The notes: generated from the letters alone by a model not told the origin. A stretch of DNA of 64,000 bases from Convolutriloba macropyga (GCF_964194025.1 NC_134468.1:1488001-1552000); one strand, 5' to 3'; positions 24,269 to 38,313 are shown, numbered from the stretch's first letter. Translations and numbers: made by a program.

Positions 24269-24899
24269 AGAACTTTTGAACTTAAAAGTGAGACAGTAGT
24301 GCATGGTTTTCAATATAACTAATTTGAAGAGAAAGTACTGTTTTGGGACTGGAGTTCCACATTGACTTTTCCCGTTTCAATAGGAATTTACATTTTTGTT
24401 CATTAGAAATTGAGTTGCGAGGAAATAATTATGCGGTCAGATATAATTTTATTACTGATATAGGGTTAAAGCTGATGTTTTTTTGTTAAAAGCTCATGAA
24501 AAAAATGGATAAAAGCCTGATTGCTTTAAGCCGAGAAAATTTTGAGCATAATAATTTGCTGCAGAGGAGGATCACAATAGGTTTTGATAGACGCAAGAAA
24601 CTTCTGTGAAGTAAACTTTAACTAGGTAAAAATCGGGAAATGAATGCAACTGTGCTTCAGAAAATATTCTATACCCATATAACGTGAAATGTATAACTCA
24701 TAACTAATCAAAATAAATGAGATCACATGTAAGTCAACACCGAGCTTTTGAATAGTCACGCTGTGATGTTATCTCTTCGTTATGATTATGTAGAAACAGA
24801 ATAGAAAGTCAAATAAGAAAATCAAAATGTGAAGTTCGTTCCGTAGTTTCGAGAAGATTGCCATTTCTTGAATGTTTTCGTATTTTCAAGCCTAGTTGC

Positions 24900-26983
24900 A
24901 ACAATTGTACTAAATGTACAAAAATTTTGACGATAGGATTTTGTCACTTCAGATGTATATTTGATAGGATGTTTGTGTCGCCGCAGTGAGTTAACATAAA
25001 TGGAGCAGTTTGAAAATTGGATTCGCAGAAAGTAGAAATATCTTTCAGAATAGTTTTGACCATTCTGGTTCTTGCCATCGACCAGTGAAATATAGCTTAG
25101 AGGATAAACAAGATCTTTGATTTAGTTATATGACTTGATAATGCAGTAATTGTCGTTTAAATTGGATTAGGCAGTGGCTAGGTATACCAAATGTTTCTTT
25201 AACTTGTGCCATTTTTCATATAGTTGTATTTGTTAATTGATATCGATGTGTTTGTTATAGGTTTTTGGTAAGATATCTTTGGTATATTTTTGATGGTTAA
25301 TAATAATAGCGTAATTGTCGAGTGAATTGAATCAGGTAATTTTTAAGCTTGTAAAATCCCTAAATTATTTTGTCTTCTTTTTATTTTGAGTGTGAGTAGA
25401 TGGTATTTGGGTCTAACGATTAAAATAGGTCATAGGGTGAGGAATTGATTGTATTGCGTTGATAATTTCAAGTTTTCCCTGTCCTTTTTCTTGAAAACTG
25501 AATTATTACTCTGTAACCTTCATGTCTTTGTCTATAGAGACCAAGCAATGAGTGGCAAAAATGATTCGCAGAGCTCCTGTTTTGGAAACACTAGAATTGA
25601 TGATCAACATCAATATTTTCAGCTTTGGTTTCCATATTAGTACCTTTTTCATTATGCCTTTACTCTGCTTTTATTGACTAGGCCATCACATATAGAACTT
25701 TTTTCTTATTGTTACATGCTTGGCGAGAGAGTTGGCTCTTACTAACTTTCACCTAGCAAATTAGGTCTTTGATTCTGCTGGCCACATCATAGGCACAATC
25801 ACTTTTGTACAGCAGGTCATAGTCACGTTTCTGGCTTTCTTAAATAAAAACTGAAAAATAAAAGCTCCGATTTCTATTTTGCTGCCTAATCAATAAGTTG
25901 TTAATCAAAGACTGGGTTTTCTCTAAAACAAACGAGACTTACATAGTCGTCAATAAACAAAATTTTGGGAAGAATGGATGTGTCAATTAATGTGCTTTCG
26001 CCCTCAGAGATCTGGCTGTGGTTGTGTTGCTTTTCAAGCTAAGATCGTTTATAAATTCGAGTGATCGTGGGAGTGGGCGTATTGAAGTACCTGGTTGAGG
26101 CAGTTGTTAAAAAGATGTATTTTTCGTCATTGAACTCACGGCTATTGTTGTCACAAAAATTCTAATTTAGTTCGAAATGTTTTAGGAGACCTAGTTGTTA
26201 TAAATAATTCGGCGTAAACAGAAATAACTTCTTCAGCGTGCGCAAAAGATTCGTTGAAGTCAAAACCATGAATCGAGGACAATTTTCATTTTCGCGTAAT
26301 AAAGGGTCTAAATCGGGAACTGGAAGAACTTTTCTGACTCAGCGATTAATGGAAAGATTGCGATGATTGTTGACTTCAATTTAGGATACATTAGACTGAT
26401 ACATGACTTGAATGGCCTTTATAGTTGTTTCAACAATGTCAAGACCTCGTTGAGATAGTTTCTATCAATTTAGTCATAGGCTTAGAGAAATCAATACAGA
26501 AAAGTTATCGAATGAGTCAGGAGGAGTGAATATTTCGTCCACAATAGTAAGCAAATTGAGAGGGGCTAGTGAACTTTTTACAAAACTTTTTCGCGAAAAG
26601 AAAGAACAATTTTCTTGGTCAGAAACCTTTTAATGCAGTTTGATTGCTTCTACTTATTTCGACTTTGGTGATATATTATAACTAGTTAATTGATCAATTT
26701 CGAGTGCTTAGTTGAAAATGAAAGATAAAAGGTCTAGATGCATAATACGATCAATTTTGGGAGTCAGTCACTCAGCACCAAGGCGATCTCCCAGAATATC
26801 AATGGCGCCTCCGTATAACACTGGTTCAAGAAAAGTTGAATTTCTTTTGCATTTAGTTCTGTGTATTATTTTTTTGAAATTGATCAATACCCTCTTCTCA
26901 ATTAGACTTCTTAGCTCCTCTATTCTGTTTGCATATATGTTTTCTTAGATTTTGCGAACCTCAGATTGAAAATCGATGGAGTT
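24900..26983 (-). mobile_element. Old, decayed L1/Tx1-like element (family A), ORF2 RT and C-terminal remnant
   Basis: Minus-strand fragments IDFSK-(A)YD*IDRNYLNEVL (~26440-26490), ARSLRAKA/LIDTSILPKILF (~25950-26030) and KDLVYPLSY…FCESNFQT (~24990-25120) are collinear with family C ORF2. Confidence 0.7.
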
Positions 26984-27348
26984 AGTAGTAATAGGGTGAG
27001 CAAGGCTCCGGGGAGATGTAGACCCCATGTATTAAAATAGGGTATAGGAGTATTTTTGATAACGGGTCTACTCTAATGTATTAAGATAGGGAATAAATCT
27101 AGGGGCGCCTACATATATTCCAGGGGATGAGTCGAAAGGAAGGAGCAGATCAGGGTGTTTTTCCGGAGCCACTTGGCACGTGATTTTAGAGGTAATTTGC
27201 GCAGGGGAATTGTACAAGCAGCGCGCAGAGGAATCGTGCAGGCAGCGCGAACAGGAAATGTACAGGCAGGGGAATTATACAGGCACCGGGAATTAACGGA
27301 CAATTCCCCTCGCAGTAAATTTCAACATTTTTTGGGTATAACCACTGC

Positions 27349-28040
27349 AATGTAATAAGATTAGGTATAGCCGCGGCAATGTATTAAGATTAGATATAGC
27401 CAACGCAATGTATTAAGATTAGGTACAGCCGCCGCAATGTATTAAGATTAGGTATAGCCGCCGCAATGTATTAAGATTAGGTAAAGCTGCCGCAATATAT
27501 TAAGATTAGGTATAGCCGCCGCAATGAATTAAGAGTAGGTATAGCCGCCGCAATGTATTAAGATTAGGTATAGCCGCCGCAATGTATTAAGATTAGGTAA
27601 AGCTGCCGCAATATATTAAGATTAGGTATAGCCGCCGCAATGAATTAAGAGTAGGTATAGCCGCCGCAATGTATTAAGATTAGGTATAGCCGCCGCAATG
27701 TGTTAAGATTAGGTATAGCCGCCGCAATGTATAAGATTAGGTATAGCCGCCGCAATGTATTAAGATTAGGTAAAGCTGCCGCAATATATTAAGATTAGGT
27801 ATAGCCGCCGCAATGAATTAAGAGTAGGTATAGCCGCCGCAATGTATTAAGATTAGGTATAGCCGCCGCAATGTGTTAAGATTAGGTATAGCCGCCGCAA
27901 TATATTAAGATTAGGTATAGCCGCCGCAATGAATTAAGAGTAGGTATAGCCGCCGCAATGTATTAAGATTAGGTATAGCCGCCGCAATGTGTTAAGATTA
28001 GGTATAGCCGCCGCAATGTATTAAGATTAGGTATAGCCGC
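27349..28040. repeat. 29-bp minisatellite (AATGTATTAAGATTAGGTATAGCCGCCGC), ~24 units, in the Polinton terminal region
   Basis: Head-to-tail units with no spacers and recurring variants; preceded by ~20-bp GCGCAGGGGAAT-type repeats at ~27199-27295. Confidence 0.95.
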
Positions 28041-28185
28041 TAAAAATTGAGAAAATTAAAATTTTTTAAATTATTAAGGTACAAAAAGAGACACAGTATA
28101 AATCAAGTACATTATAAGTAATTTTTAACACAACAAAGCGATCACAATATAAAAAGCTATAAGTTCAGGGGTACAGCATGAATTC

Positions 28186-31100
28186 CATCAGTTAACAATT
28201 TTCGTTTAGGATAAAAATGTGAAAGTCCTTTTTTGTTTGTTCATAGGTAGCGACGCAGTGGCTGATTGTCCGAGATCGCCTATTTTTACATGTTTAATTG
28301 ATATTTCCCTCCATCACTCGCCGATACTTTCCAATGGTCCATCTCCGGTCTCTTCCAATGTTCTTTTAATTAGTCCTTTGCTGCTGAATTTGGCATCGTA
28401 GCAACAATAAGTTTTGCTTGAAAGACAAATCATTTCAGTACATCTAAATTCTTCCTTGAACAGACTTGGTTCACGCTTATCGTGCTTTTTATGTTTATCA
28501 CAACAAGTTCTAGGGAAAAAATTTTGTACAGCATCAGCTTCGAAAGAATCATCACAATCGTGTTCCCTCGGAGTTTCCCACTCTGCTTTTTTAGATGGAC
28601 GAATGCAATCGTGCAAATTATCGTGCCAGGGTCCATTTCAACTTTTCGAATGAGTCCACGTCGCAAAATTTATCAAAAAAGTTTATCAAAATTTATCAAA
28701 AAACTATTATCGGTTCGCGGTGCTCAATTTCTGATTTTACAAGTTCATCTTCGTATAGTTCGTTCGACACATTGTTAAATCTCTTAAACAACTTCCCGTT
28801 GATAGATTTGTGAGTCTTTTCATCGTTCAGGTATTTTGTGTGTCTGCTTCTGTCCATGATTTGATAACCATAGGAACTGTTCCCTAACAATTTCATTGTC
28901 TCAACGCTTGATTCAGGATTTTAATCTCCAGCTCTTCTTTTATCTATTACTGACTGGACAAAACTGTTGAAGCATTTTTTTGGGTGTCTACTGAACGAAG
29001 CGATAAATTTTTCTGCATTTCAGCCCAATACTAAGGTAAAAGTTGAGTAAAGGTATTATGACTGTTCCATTCTCCAACTTGAAGCTTGAAATCAACATGC
29101 GTTGCGGTTGCTTGAGTAAATCGTTATCAATTGCATAGTCCCTCAAATAATCACCAATATCTGCTCGACTAACATTGAAGTTCTCAAAGATTGGTGGAAA
29201 GTTCGAGAACTTTTATTTCAACCCATCTGATAATTCGAGATCACACCGAACGTAACCAAACAATTTCTCTTATCTTATCCTAGCAAGCAGAGATTCTTGC
29301 GTCAGAGGCAGTTTGAACCGGAAATTGTTTCTCACGTGAATTTTTATTGATTCATCATCTTTGAGGGTTTCAGACCAGTTACATTCCCATATCTTCACAA
29401 CCTTATATCCTTTGTTCCGCAAATAGTCTCGTCTCAGTTCGTCATATTCCCGTTTTTTGAGTCCTCTCTGGGTCTCTTCCTCTGACATACTTACTCTTGC
29501 TTCCTGACATGCACAAAAGTGAAAGTAAAAACCCGTTGCTTCAAATATAATTTTGCAGTGAGCACAAAATCCGTCTACCTTAAAACAATCAATGTTTTTC
29601 TGAGTTCCAGTTGTGTAGTAACTTTCAATAGTGCAGTTAGGACGCTGAGATTGTAGGTACAACACAACCATGTTCTCAATTTTCTTCGATTTAGTTTGCG
29701 TAGCTTTAAACTTCTGAGAGTCTGAATCAAATTCCCATCTAGTTTAAAGCCGTGGGCATTTCATGACACATTGAGAAGGGGTAAAGTTGACTGGCGTCTA
29801 CACTCACATTTGGTTTGCAAATATATTCTGAGTTTCAAATATATGTTTGATCCACGACCGCTTTTCTAGTAAAGACACTAGAGAGAGCACCGGTATTTTA
29901 TCATGCAAATCTTTGTCTGCTTCAACGAAAGGATAGAATTGGTTATTAGTTGATTTGTGTAGACAAATATATGCCAAATTAGGTAGTGTGCAGCCACGTT
30001 TTAACGTATGAATCCCTTTGTTATGATAGAATTTTATCCTTTTCTGCATCGCTTCTAAATGTCGGGACAACATCCTTGTTGTTATAACACCTAACAAAGG
30101 CTTGAAAAATTGTAATTTGTTCCTGCTCCCACACTTTTCAAGTAATTGTAGTTGTCAACTCCCGAATGGGGCACTTCCTTCAACCTAAGTTTTTTCAAAG
30201 CCTCCTGTTGGGAAAGTCAACTATTCAACAATTTTGTGAAATCCGTAAATTCTATCTCCAATGGATTTTGATCTCTCAACTTACTAAAGAAACATTCTTA
30301 AGGGGGAAGGAATGTTGCATCCAATTTGTTTGGTGAGTCGAACTATTCATAGGGGAAAATTCCTTTGGTCTCGTCTGTCTGATAAGCTTTGAGGAACGAA
30401 TCTAGTGATGTTGCTCCACCAAGAAAGTTTAGAATATCGAGAAACTACATCACCAAATTTAAAGGATACAATGATTCGCTTTTTTAATAACGGTTGGCTG
30501 AATATCGCGCTCGTGAATGAGGTAGGGTAGTAATTTAGACTTGATAAGATTCATATCATATTTCTTGCTGTTGAATCGAAATACAGGTAGTGTTAACATA
30601 ACGTTGTTGTAGTTCGAGAAGTTGATTTTTCTGAATTTGGAGGAATTGAGTTGACATGTCAATTTCTTCTTCCTCAGTATATTGAAATTCAAATAACGGA
30701 GTACTCTGATTTTTCCGTTAATTTAGCTTCTCATAAATAGAATTCACTCTGGTTTTAATTGCATATTCAATGGAGGAAATTTTTTCCAACATTTCTGCTT
30801 AACTTTTGCTAGCTAGTTCTTCTCGTGCTTCAACAAAGGATACTATCAGTTCCCTGGGGTCTTTGTTGCACAGGAAAATGGGTTCTTGTAATAATTTAGA
30901 TGAAAATTACACATATTGGTTCATGTTTTCCTATCCAAGTAGTTGTATTGGTATCTTTTAGCTCATTAGATGGAACGCAGATTGATTCGAAATCAAATAT
31001 AGCCAAATTTTTGAACAGTTATTGATATTACTCATATTCAATTCCAAATCCCTCGAGTTTATTGGACAACGTTTCTCTTAAAGTGTAAACACTTCGGATA

Positions 31101-32031
31101 AATGTGCTGTATCCTATCTTTGCAAGATTTCACGTGACGGTGGAAATTTCACGTCACGCTTAATAAAAGTATCACAGCTAGGACAGCGGAATCGTTTGAA
31201 AAATTTGTTGATATCATCAACATAGCAAATGTGGTTGTGTAGCGCAGTAGATTAATGCTGTTCTCGTATTTCTCAATACTTCTCCTTGCAATTTCACCTA
31301 CAAAATCATTGTCCTCAATATCAATGTCATAAATGAAAATGTGTTTTATAGTGTTTTCAACAAACATAAGGTGATCAGCCGACTCTTAAAGTTAATTGCG
31401 TCATGAACAGACTCGTTGAGAAAGTCACTGAGGAACTTAGCTGCGTTTGTTTCCTGCTCAGTTGATCCATACAAGTGAACAGCCGCGGCTTTAAACAAAC
31501 AAAGGTAGTCTTTGCAGGTTTCTCCGTATCCATTCGTAGACAGTTTACATCTGGTCTTCTCAACAACTGTTCAGGTATAACCACATCTAAACATCCCATT
31601 GGTATATTGTTGAGAAAAGCACAGAAAATTGTCAAATTATTAGTGCATATGCCATTTTGTATTTGCTCTTTCTTGAGCACAGGTGTCAACCAAATCCATT
31701 TTCTCTATTCTATCCTGAAGTGAGACTTAGTCCCCTTTAAAACAAAGTAAATGAGACTTCTCAAAGAAGGTGTTGTTCTCATGAGCATAAAAATATCGGT
31801 ATTTATTTGTGTCCACATTTCGTAAAATGAATCCAAGAGCTAAATTTAATTTTGCAGCGCAGTTAAGCATTTCAAACACTTCCTTCAGATTTTTTCATTG
31901 ATTTCGCTGGAATCAAGTTTCGCTATTGAAATTGAATACTGTATGTCTCCCATTCTCCATCTCAGTATTGTCAAGGAAGTGTTGACAGGCGCTAACTTCT
32001 TGCTGTACCTGATCGTTGTTCTTATCCAATC
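28186..32031 (-). pseudogene. Protein-primed family B DNA polymerase (pPolB), copy 1; fragmented, N-terminus missing
   Basis: Exonuclease motifs IFDFES and FNSKKYD; VDASQLYPFSMC (motif A); KLLGNSSYG (motif B); LFKEEFRCTEMICLSSKTY; inserted VDGFC…IWEC nuclease-like domain. Confidence 0.9.
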
Positions 32032-33159
32032 GTTAATTATCCATTCTTATCTTAGCAAAAGATTCGTTGAAGTCAAAACCATGAATCGAGGAATAAAGGG
32101 TCATTTTCGCGTAATAAAGGGTCTAAATCGGGAACTGGAAGAACTTTTCTGACTCAGCGATTAATGGAAAGATTGCGATGATTGTTGACTTCAATTTAGG
32201 ATACATTAGACTGATACATGACTTGAATGGCCTTTATAGTTGTTTCAACAATGTCAAGACCTCGTTGAGATAGTTTCTATCAATTTAGTCATAGGCTTAG
32301 AGAAATCAATACAGAAAAGTTATCGAATGAGTCAGGAGGAGTGAATATTTCGTCCACAATAGTAAGCAAATTGAGAGGGGCTAGTGAACTTTTTACAAAA
32401 CTTTTTCGCGAAAAGAAAGAACAATTTTCTTGGTCAGAAACCTTTTAATGCAGTTTGATTGCTTCTACTTATTTCGACTTTGGTGATATATTATAACTAG
32501 TTAATTGATCAATTTCGAGTGCTTAGTTGAAAATGAAAGATAAAAGGTCTAGATGCATAATACGATCAATTTTGGGAGTCAGTCACTCAGCACCAAGGCG
32601 ATCTCCCAGAATATCAATGGCGCCTCCGTATAACACTGGTTCAAGAAAAGTTGAATTTCTTTTGCATTTAGTTCTGTGTATTATTTGAAATTGATCAATA
32701 CCCTCTTCTCAATTAGACTTCTTAGCTCCTCTATTCTGTTTGCATATATGTTTTCTTAGATTTTGCAAACCTCAGATTGAAAATCGATGGAGTTAGTAGT
32801 AATAGGGTGAGCAAGGCTCAGGGGAGATGTAGACCCCATGTATTAAAATAGGGTATAGGAGTATTTTTGATAACGGGTCTACTCTAATGTATTAAGATAG
32901 GGAATAAATCTAGGGGCGCCTACATATGTTCCAGGGGATGAGTCGAAAGGAAGGAGCAGATCAGGGTGTTTTTCCGGAGCCACTTGGCACGTGATTTTAG
33001 AGGTAATTTGCGTAGGGGAATTGTACAAGCAGCGCGCAGGGGAATCGTGCAGGCAGCGCGAACAGGAAATGTACAGGCAGGGGAATTATACAGGCACCGG
33101 GAATTAACGGACAATTCCCCTCGCAGTAAATTTCAACATTTTTTGGGTATAACCACTGC

Positions 33160-33475
33160 AATGTAATAAGATTAGGTATAGCCGCGGCAATGTATTAAGA
33201 TTAGGTATAGCCAACGCAATGTATTAAGATTAGGTATAGCCGCCGCAATGTATTAAGATTAGGTATAGCCGCCGCAATGTATTAAGATTAGGTAAAGCTG
33301 CCGCAATATATTTAGATTAGGTATAGCCGCCGCAATGAATTAAGAGTAGGTATAGCCGCCGCAATGTATTAAGATTAGGTATAGCCGCCGCAATGTGTTA
33401 AGATTAGGTATAGCCGCCGCAATGTATTAAGATTAGGTATAGCCGCCGCAATGTATTAAGATTAGGTATAGCCGC
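33160..33475. repeat. 29-bp minisatellite, 11 units (duplicate copy)
   Basis: Same unit as 27349-28040. Confidence 0.95.
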
Positions 33476-33618
33476 TAAAAATTGAGAAAATTAAAATTTT
33501 TAAAATTATTAAGGTACAAAAAGAGACAGTATAAATCAAGTACATTATAAGTAATTTTTAACACAACAAAGCGATCACAATATAAAAAGCTATAAGTTCA
33601 GGGTTACAGCATGAATTC

Positions 33619-36600
33619 CATCAGTTAACAATTTTCGTTTAGGATAAAAATGTGAAAGTCCTTTTTTGTTTGTTCATAGGTAGCGACGCAGTGGCTGATT
33701 GTCCGAAATCGCCTATTTTTACATGTTTAATTGATATTTCCCTCCATCACTCGCCGATACTTTCCAATGGTCCATCTCCGGTCTCTTCCAATGTTCTTTT
33801 AATTAGTACTTTGCTGCTGAATTTGGCATCGTAGCAACAATAAGTTTTGCTTGAAAGACAAATCATTTCAGTACATCTAAATTCTTCCTTGAACAGACTT
33901 GGTTCACGCTTATCGTGCTTTTTATGTTTATCACAACAAGTTCTAGGGAAAAAATTTTGTACAGCATCAGCTTCGAAAGAATCATCACAATCGTGTTCCC
34001 TCGGAGTTTCCCACTCTGGTTTTTTAGATGGACGAATGCAATCGTGCAAATTATCGTGCCAGGGTCCATTTCAACTTTTCGAATGAGTTCACGTCGCAAA
34101 ATTTATCAAAAAAGTTTATCAAAATTTATCAAAATACTATTATCGGTTCGCGGTGCTCAATTTCTGATTTTACAAGTTCATCTTCGTATAGTTCGTTCGA
34201 CACATTGTTAAATCTCTTAAACAACTTCCCGTTGATAGATTTGTGAGTCTTTTCATCGTTCAGGTATTTTGTGTGTCTGCTTCTGACCATGATTTGATAA
34301 CCATAGGAACTGTTCCCTAACAATTTCATTGTCTCAACGCTTGATTCAGGATTTTAATCTCCAGCTCTTCTTTTATCTATTACTGACTGGACAAAACTGT
34401 TGAAGCATTTTTTTGGGTGTCTACTGAACGAAGCGATAAATTTTTCTGCATTTCAGCCCAAGACTAAGGTAAAAGTTGAGTAAAGGTATTATGACTGTTC
34501 CATTCTCCAACTTGAAGCTTGAAATCAACATGCGTTGCGGTTGCTTGAGTAAATCGTTATCAATTGCATAGTCCCTCAAATAATCACCAATATCTGCTCG
34601 ACTAACATTGAAGTTCTCAAAGATTGGTGGAAAGTTCGAGAACTTTTATTTCAACCCATCTGATAATTCGAGATCACACTGAACGTAACCAAACAATTTC
34701 TCTTATCTTATCCTAGCAAGCAGAGATTCTTGCGTCAGAGGCAGTTTGAACCGGAAATTGTTTCTCACGTGAATTTTTATTGATTCATCATCTTTGAGGG
34801 TTTCAGACCAGTTACATTCCCATATCTTCACAACCTTATATCCTTTGTTCCGCAAATAGTCTCGTCTCAGTTCGTCATATTCCCGTTTTTTGAGTCCTCT
34901 CTGGGTCTCTTCCTCTGACATACTTACTCTTGCTTCCTGACATGCACAAAAGTGAAAGTAAAAACCCGTTGCTTCAAATATAATTTTGCAGTGAGCACAA
35001 AATCCGTCTACCTTAAAACAATCAATGTTTTTCTGAGTTCCAGTTGTGTAGTAACTTTCAATAGTGCAGTTAGGACGCTGAGATTGTAGGTACAACACAA
35101 CCATGTTCTCAATTTTCTTCGATTTAGTTTGCGTAGCTTTAAACTTCTGAGAGTCTGAATCAAATTCCCATCTAGTTTAAAGCCGTGGGCATTTCATGAC
35201 ACATTGAGAAGGGGTAAAGTTGACTGGCGTCTACACTCACATTTGGTTTGCAAATATATTCTGAGTTTCAAATATATGTTTGATCCACGACCGCTTTTCT
35301 AGTAAAGACACTAGAGAGAGCACCGGTATTTTATCATGCAAATCTTTGTCTGCTTCAACGAAAGGATAGAATTGGTTATTAGTTGATTTGTGTAGACAAA
35401 TATATGCCAAATTAGGTAGTGTGCAGCCACGTTTTAACGTATGAATCCCTTTGTTATGGTAGAATTTTATCCTTTTCTGCATCGCTTCTAAATGTCGGGA
35501 CAACATCCTTGTTGTTATAACACCTAACAAAGGCTTGAAAAATTGTAATTAGTTCCTGCTCCCACACTTTTCAAGTAATTGTAGTTGTCAACTCCCGAAT
35601 GGGGCACTTCCTTCAACCTAAGTTTTTTCAAAGCCTCCTGTTGGGAAAGTCCACTATTCAACAATTTTGTGAAATCCGTAAATTCTATCTCCAATGGATT
35701 TTGATCTCTCAACTTACTAAAGAAACATTCTTAAGGGGGAAGGAATGTTGCATCCAATTTGTTTGGTGAGTCGAACTATTCATAGGGGAAAATTCCTTTG
35801 GTCTCGTCTGTCTGATAAGCTTTGAGGAACGAATCTAGTGATGTTGCTCCACCAAGAAAGTTTAGAATATCGAGAAACTACATCACCAAATTTAAAGGAT
35901 ACAATGATTCGCTTTTTTAATAACGGTTGGCTGAATATCGCGCTCGTGAATGAGGTAGGGTAGTAATTTAGACTTGATAAGATTCATATCATATTTCTCG
36001 CTGTTGAATCGAAATACAGGTAGTGTTAACATAACGTTGTTGTAGTTCGAGAAGTTGATTTTTCTGAATTTGGAGGAATTGAGTTGACATGTCAATTTCT
36101 TCTTCCTCAGTATATTGAAATTCAAATAACGGAGTACTCTGATTTTTCCGTTAATTTAGCTTCTCATAAATAGAATTCACTCTGGTTTTAATTGCATATT
36201 CAATGGAGGAAATTTTTTCCAACATTTCTGCTTAACTTTTGCTAGCTAGTTCTTCTCGTGCTTCAACAAAGGATACTATCAGTTCCCTGGGGTCTTTGTT
36301 GCACAGGAAAATGGGTTCTTGTAATAAATTAGATGAAAATTACACATATTGCTTCATGTTTTCCTATCCAAGTAGTTGTTTTGGTATCTTTTAGCTCATT
36401 AGATGGAACGCAGATTGATTCGAAATCAAATATAGCCAAATTTTTGAACAGTTATTGATATTACTCATATTCAATTCCAAATCCCTCGAGTTTATTGGAC
36501 AACGTTTCTCTTAAAGTGTAAACACTTCGGATAAACGTGCTGTATCCTATCTTAGCAAGATTTTACGTGACGGTGGAAATTTCACGTCACGCTTAATAAA

Positions 36601-37465
36601 AGTATCACAGCTAGGACAGCGGAATCGTTTGAAAAATTTGTTGATATCATCAACATAGCAAATGTGGTTGTGTAGCGCAGTAGATTAATGCTGTTCTCGT
36701 ATTTCTCAATACTTCTCCTTGCAATTTCACCTACAAAATCATTGTCCTCAATATCAATGTCATAAATGAAAATGTGTTTTATAGCGTTTTCAACAAACAT
36801 AACGTGATCAGCCGACTCTTAAAGTTAATTGCGTCATGAACCGACTCGTTGAGAAAGTCACTGAGGAACTTAGCTGCGTTTGTTTCCTGCTCAGCTGATC
36901 CATACAAGTGAACAGCCGCGGCTCTAAACAAACAAAGGTAGTCTTTGCAGGTTTCTCCGTATCCATTCGTAGACAGTTTACATCTGGTCTTCTCAACAAC
37001 TGTTCAGGTATAACCACATCTAAACATCCCATTGGTATATTGTTGAGAAAAGCACAGAAAATTGTCAAATTATTTAGTGCATATGCCATTTTGTATTTGC
37101 TCTTTCTTGAGCACAGGTATCAACCAAATCCATTTTCTCTATTCTATCCTGAAGTGAGACTTAGTCCCCTTTAAAACAAAGTAAATCAGACTTCTCAAAG
37201 AAGGTGTTGTTCTCATGAGCATAAAAATATCGGTATTTATTTGTGTCCACATTTCGTAAAATGAATCCAAGAGCTAAATTTAATTTTGCAGCGCAGTTAA
37301 GCATTTCAAACACTTCCTTCAGATTTTTTAATTGATTTCCCTGGAATCAAGTTTCGCTATTGAAATTGAATACTGTATGTCTCCCATTCTCCATCTCAGT
37401 ATTGTCAAGGAAGTGTTGACAGGCGCTAACTTCTTGCTGTACCTGATCGTTGTTCTTATCCAATC
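33619..37465 (-). pseudogene. pPolB copy 2, fragmented
   Basis: Near-identical to copy 1 at offset ~5433; shares nearly all disablements. Confidence 0.9.
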
Positions 37466-37482
37466 TTAACCAATCTTATCAA

Positions 37483-38130
37483 TGATTGGTTAATTGTTGG
37501 AACTTTTCAACCCGATTTTGATATTTATTATTGTTATCAACATTAGCAATCACTTTACGGACTAATGTCCAAAAACATTAAGAACTTTCAATTTATTCAA
37601 GGAGTTGAATTTGAATTCATTCAGAGTCTACCCAATAACGGTACAAAGTTTTTGCTGATTTTTGATGATTCTTGTAAGGAAATCTCAAGCTCGAACGATT
37701 TTGTCAAAATTGCAACTGCTGGAAGGCACAAAGGACTTACTGCTATATGTATAGAGCATATTTTTTTTCATCAGATAAGGTTGGGAAGAGATATTGAGTT
37801 GCAAAATACTCATATAGAATTTATTTAAGTCTCCTAGAGATGTTCTCCAGAAAAACACTTAGTCAACAGCTCAGGATAGGATCACAATTAAAAGATTGGT
37901 ATACAAAAGCTACTTCAATCCCGTATGGTCATTAACTCATTGATCTGACTCTGAAAACAGATTTGACTCTTAGATTTTGCATGAACAGTGGTTCGATTCC
38001 CACTATTTTTTGTCTTCCTAAAACGAAACAAGAGATTACGTTTTTGAACGATAAACACACAAACATCTCTCTACACTGATAACGTTCCGAACGTATTCCC
38101 AGAACTTCAAGAAAATTTATCCTAGGAAAT
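37483..38130 (+). pseudogene. Polinton packaging ATPase (A32/FtsK-like); Walker A region deleted
   Basis: Walker B FLLIFDDS, then TAGRHKGL…QNTHI, KSPRD and PYGH.LIDL. Confidence 0.85.
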
Positions 38131-38313
38131 TGTCCAAAAGATTTCATTCAGTTTCTAAACGAATCCAAAGTAAAGCTTCTCAGAGGACTACAGGAAATAC
38201 AAAAACAAGACGTAATAAAGTACAGAGACGAAATTCTGCAATTTGAATTTCAAGAAAAGGAATAGAGCTCGTATCAATTTTGACACCATCTATCATTAAT
38301 CGATTGTCTTGAA

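Larger units (their letters stand above)
26242..37465. repeat. Tandem duplication 1 (26242-32031 / 32055-37465)
   Basis: Near-identical sequence; offset 5811 before and 5433 after the minisatellite. Confidence 0.95.

Noticed and set aside
25538-25640. Alternative TMEM186 exon 3 (phase-compatible TATAG acceptor)
   Set aside because: No TMEM186 similarity and antisense to a LINE remnant; 61213-61408 fits much better.
26305-26360. Walker A-like KSGTGRT on the plus strand
   Set aside because: Antisense to decayed RT of family A; chance match.
27349-28040. CRISPR-like array of 29-bp repeats
   Set aside because: Units are contiguous with no spacers, there are no cas genes, and the context is a eukaryotic Polinton terminus.
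26242-37465. Polinton replication concatemer
   Set aside because: The duplicate includes non-viral flank and shared disabling mutations.
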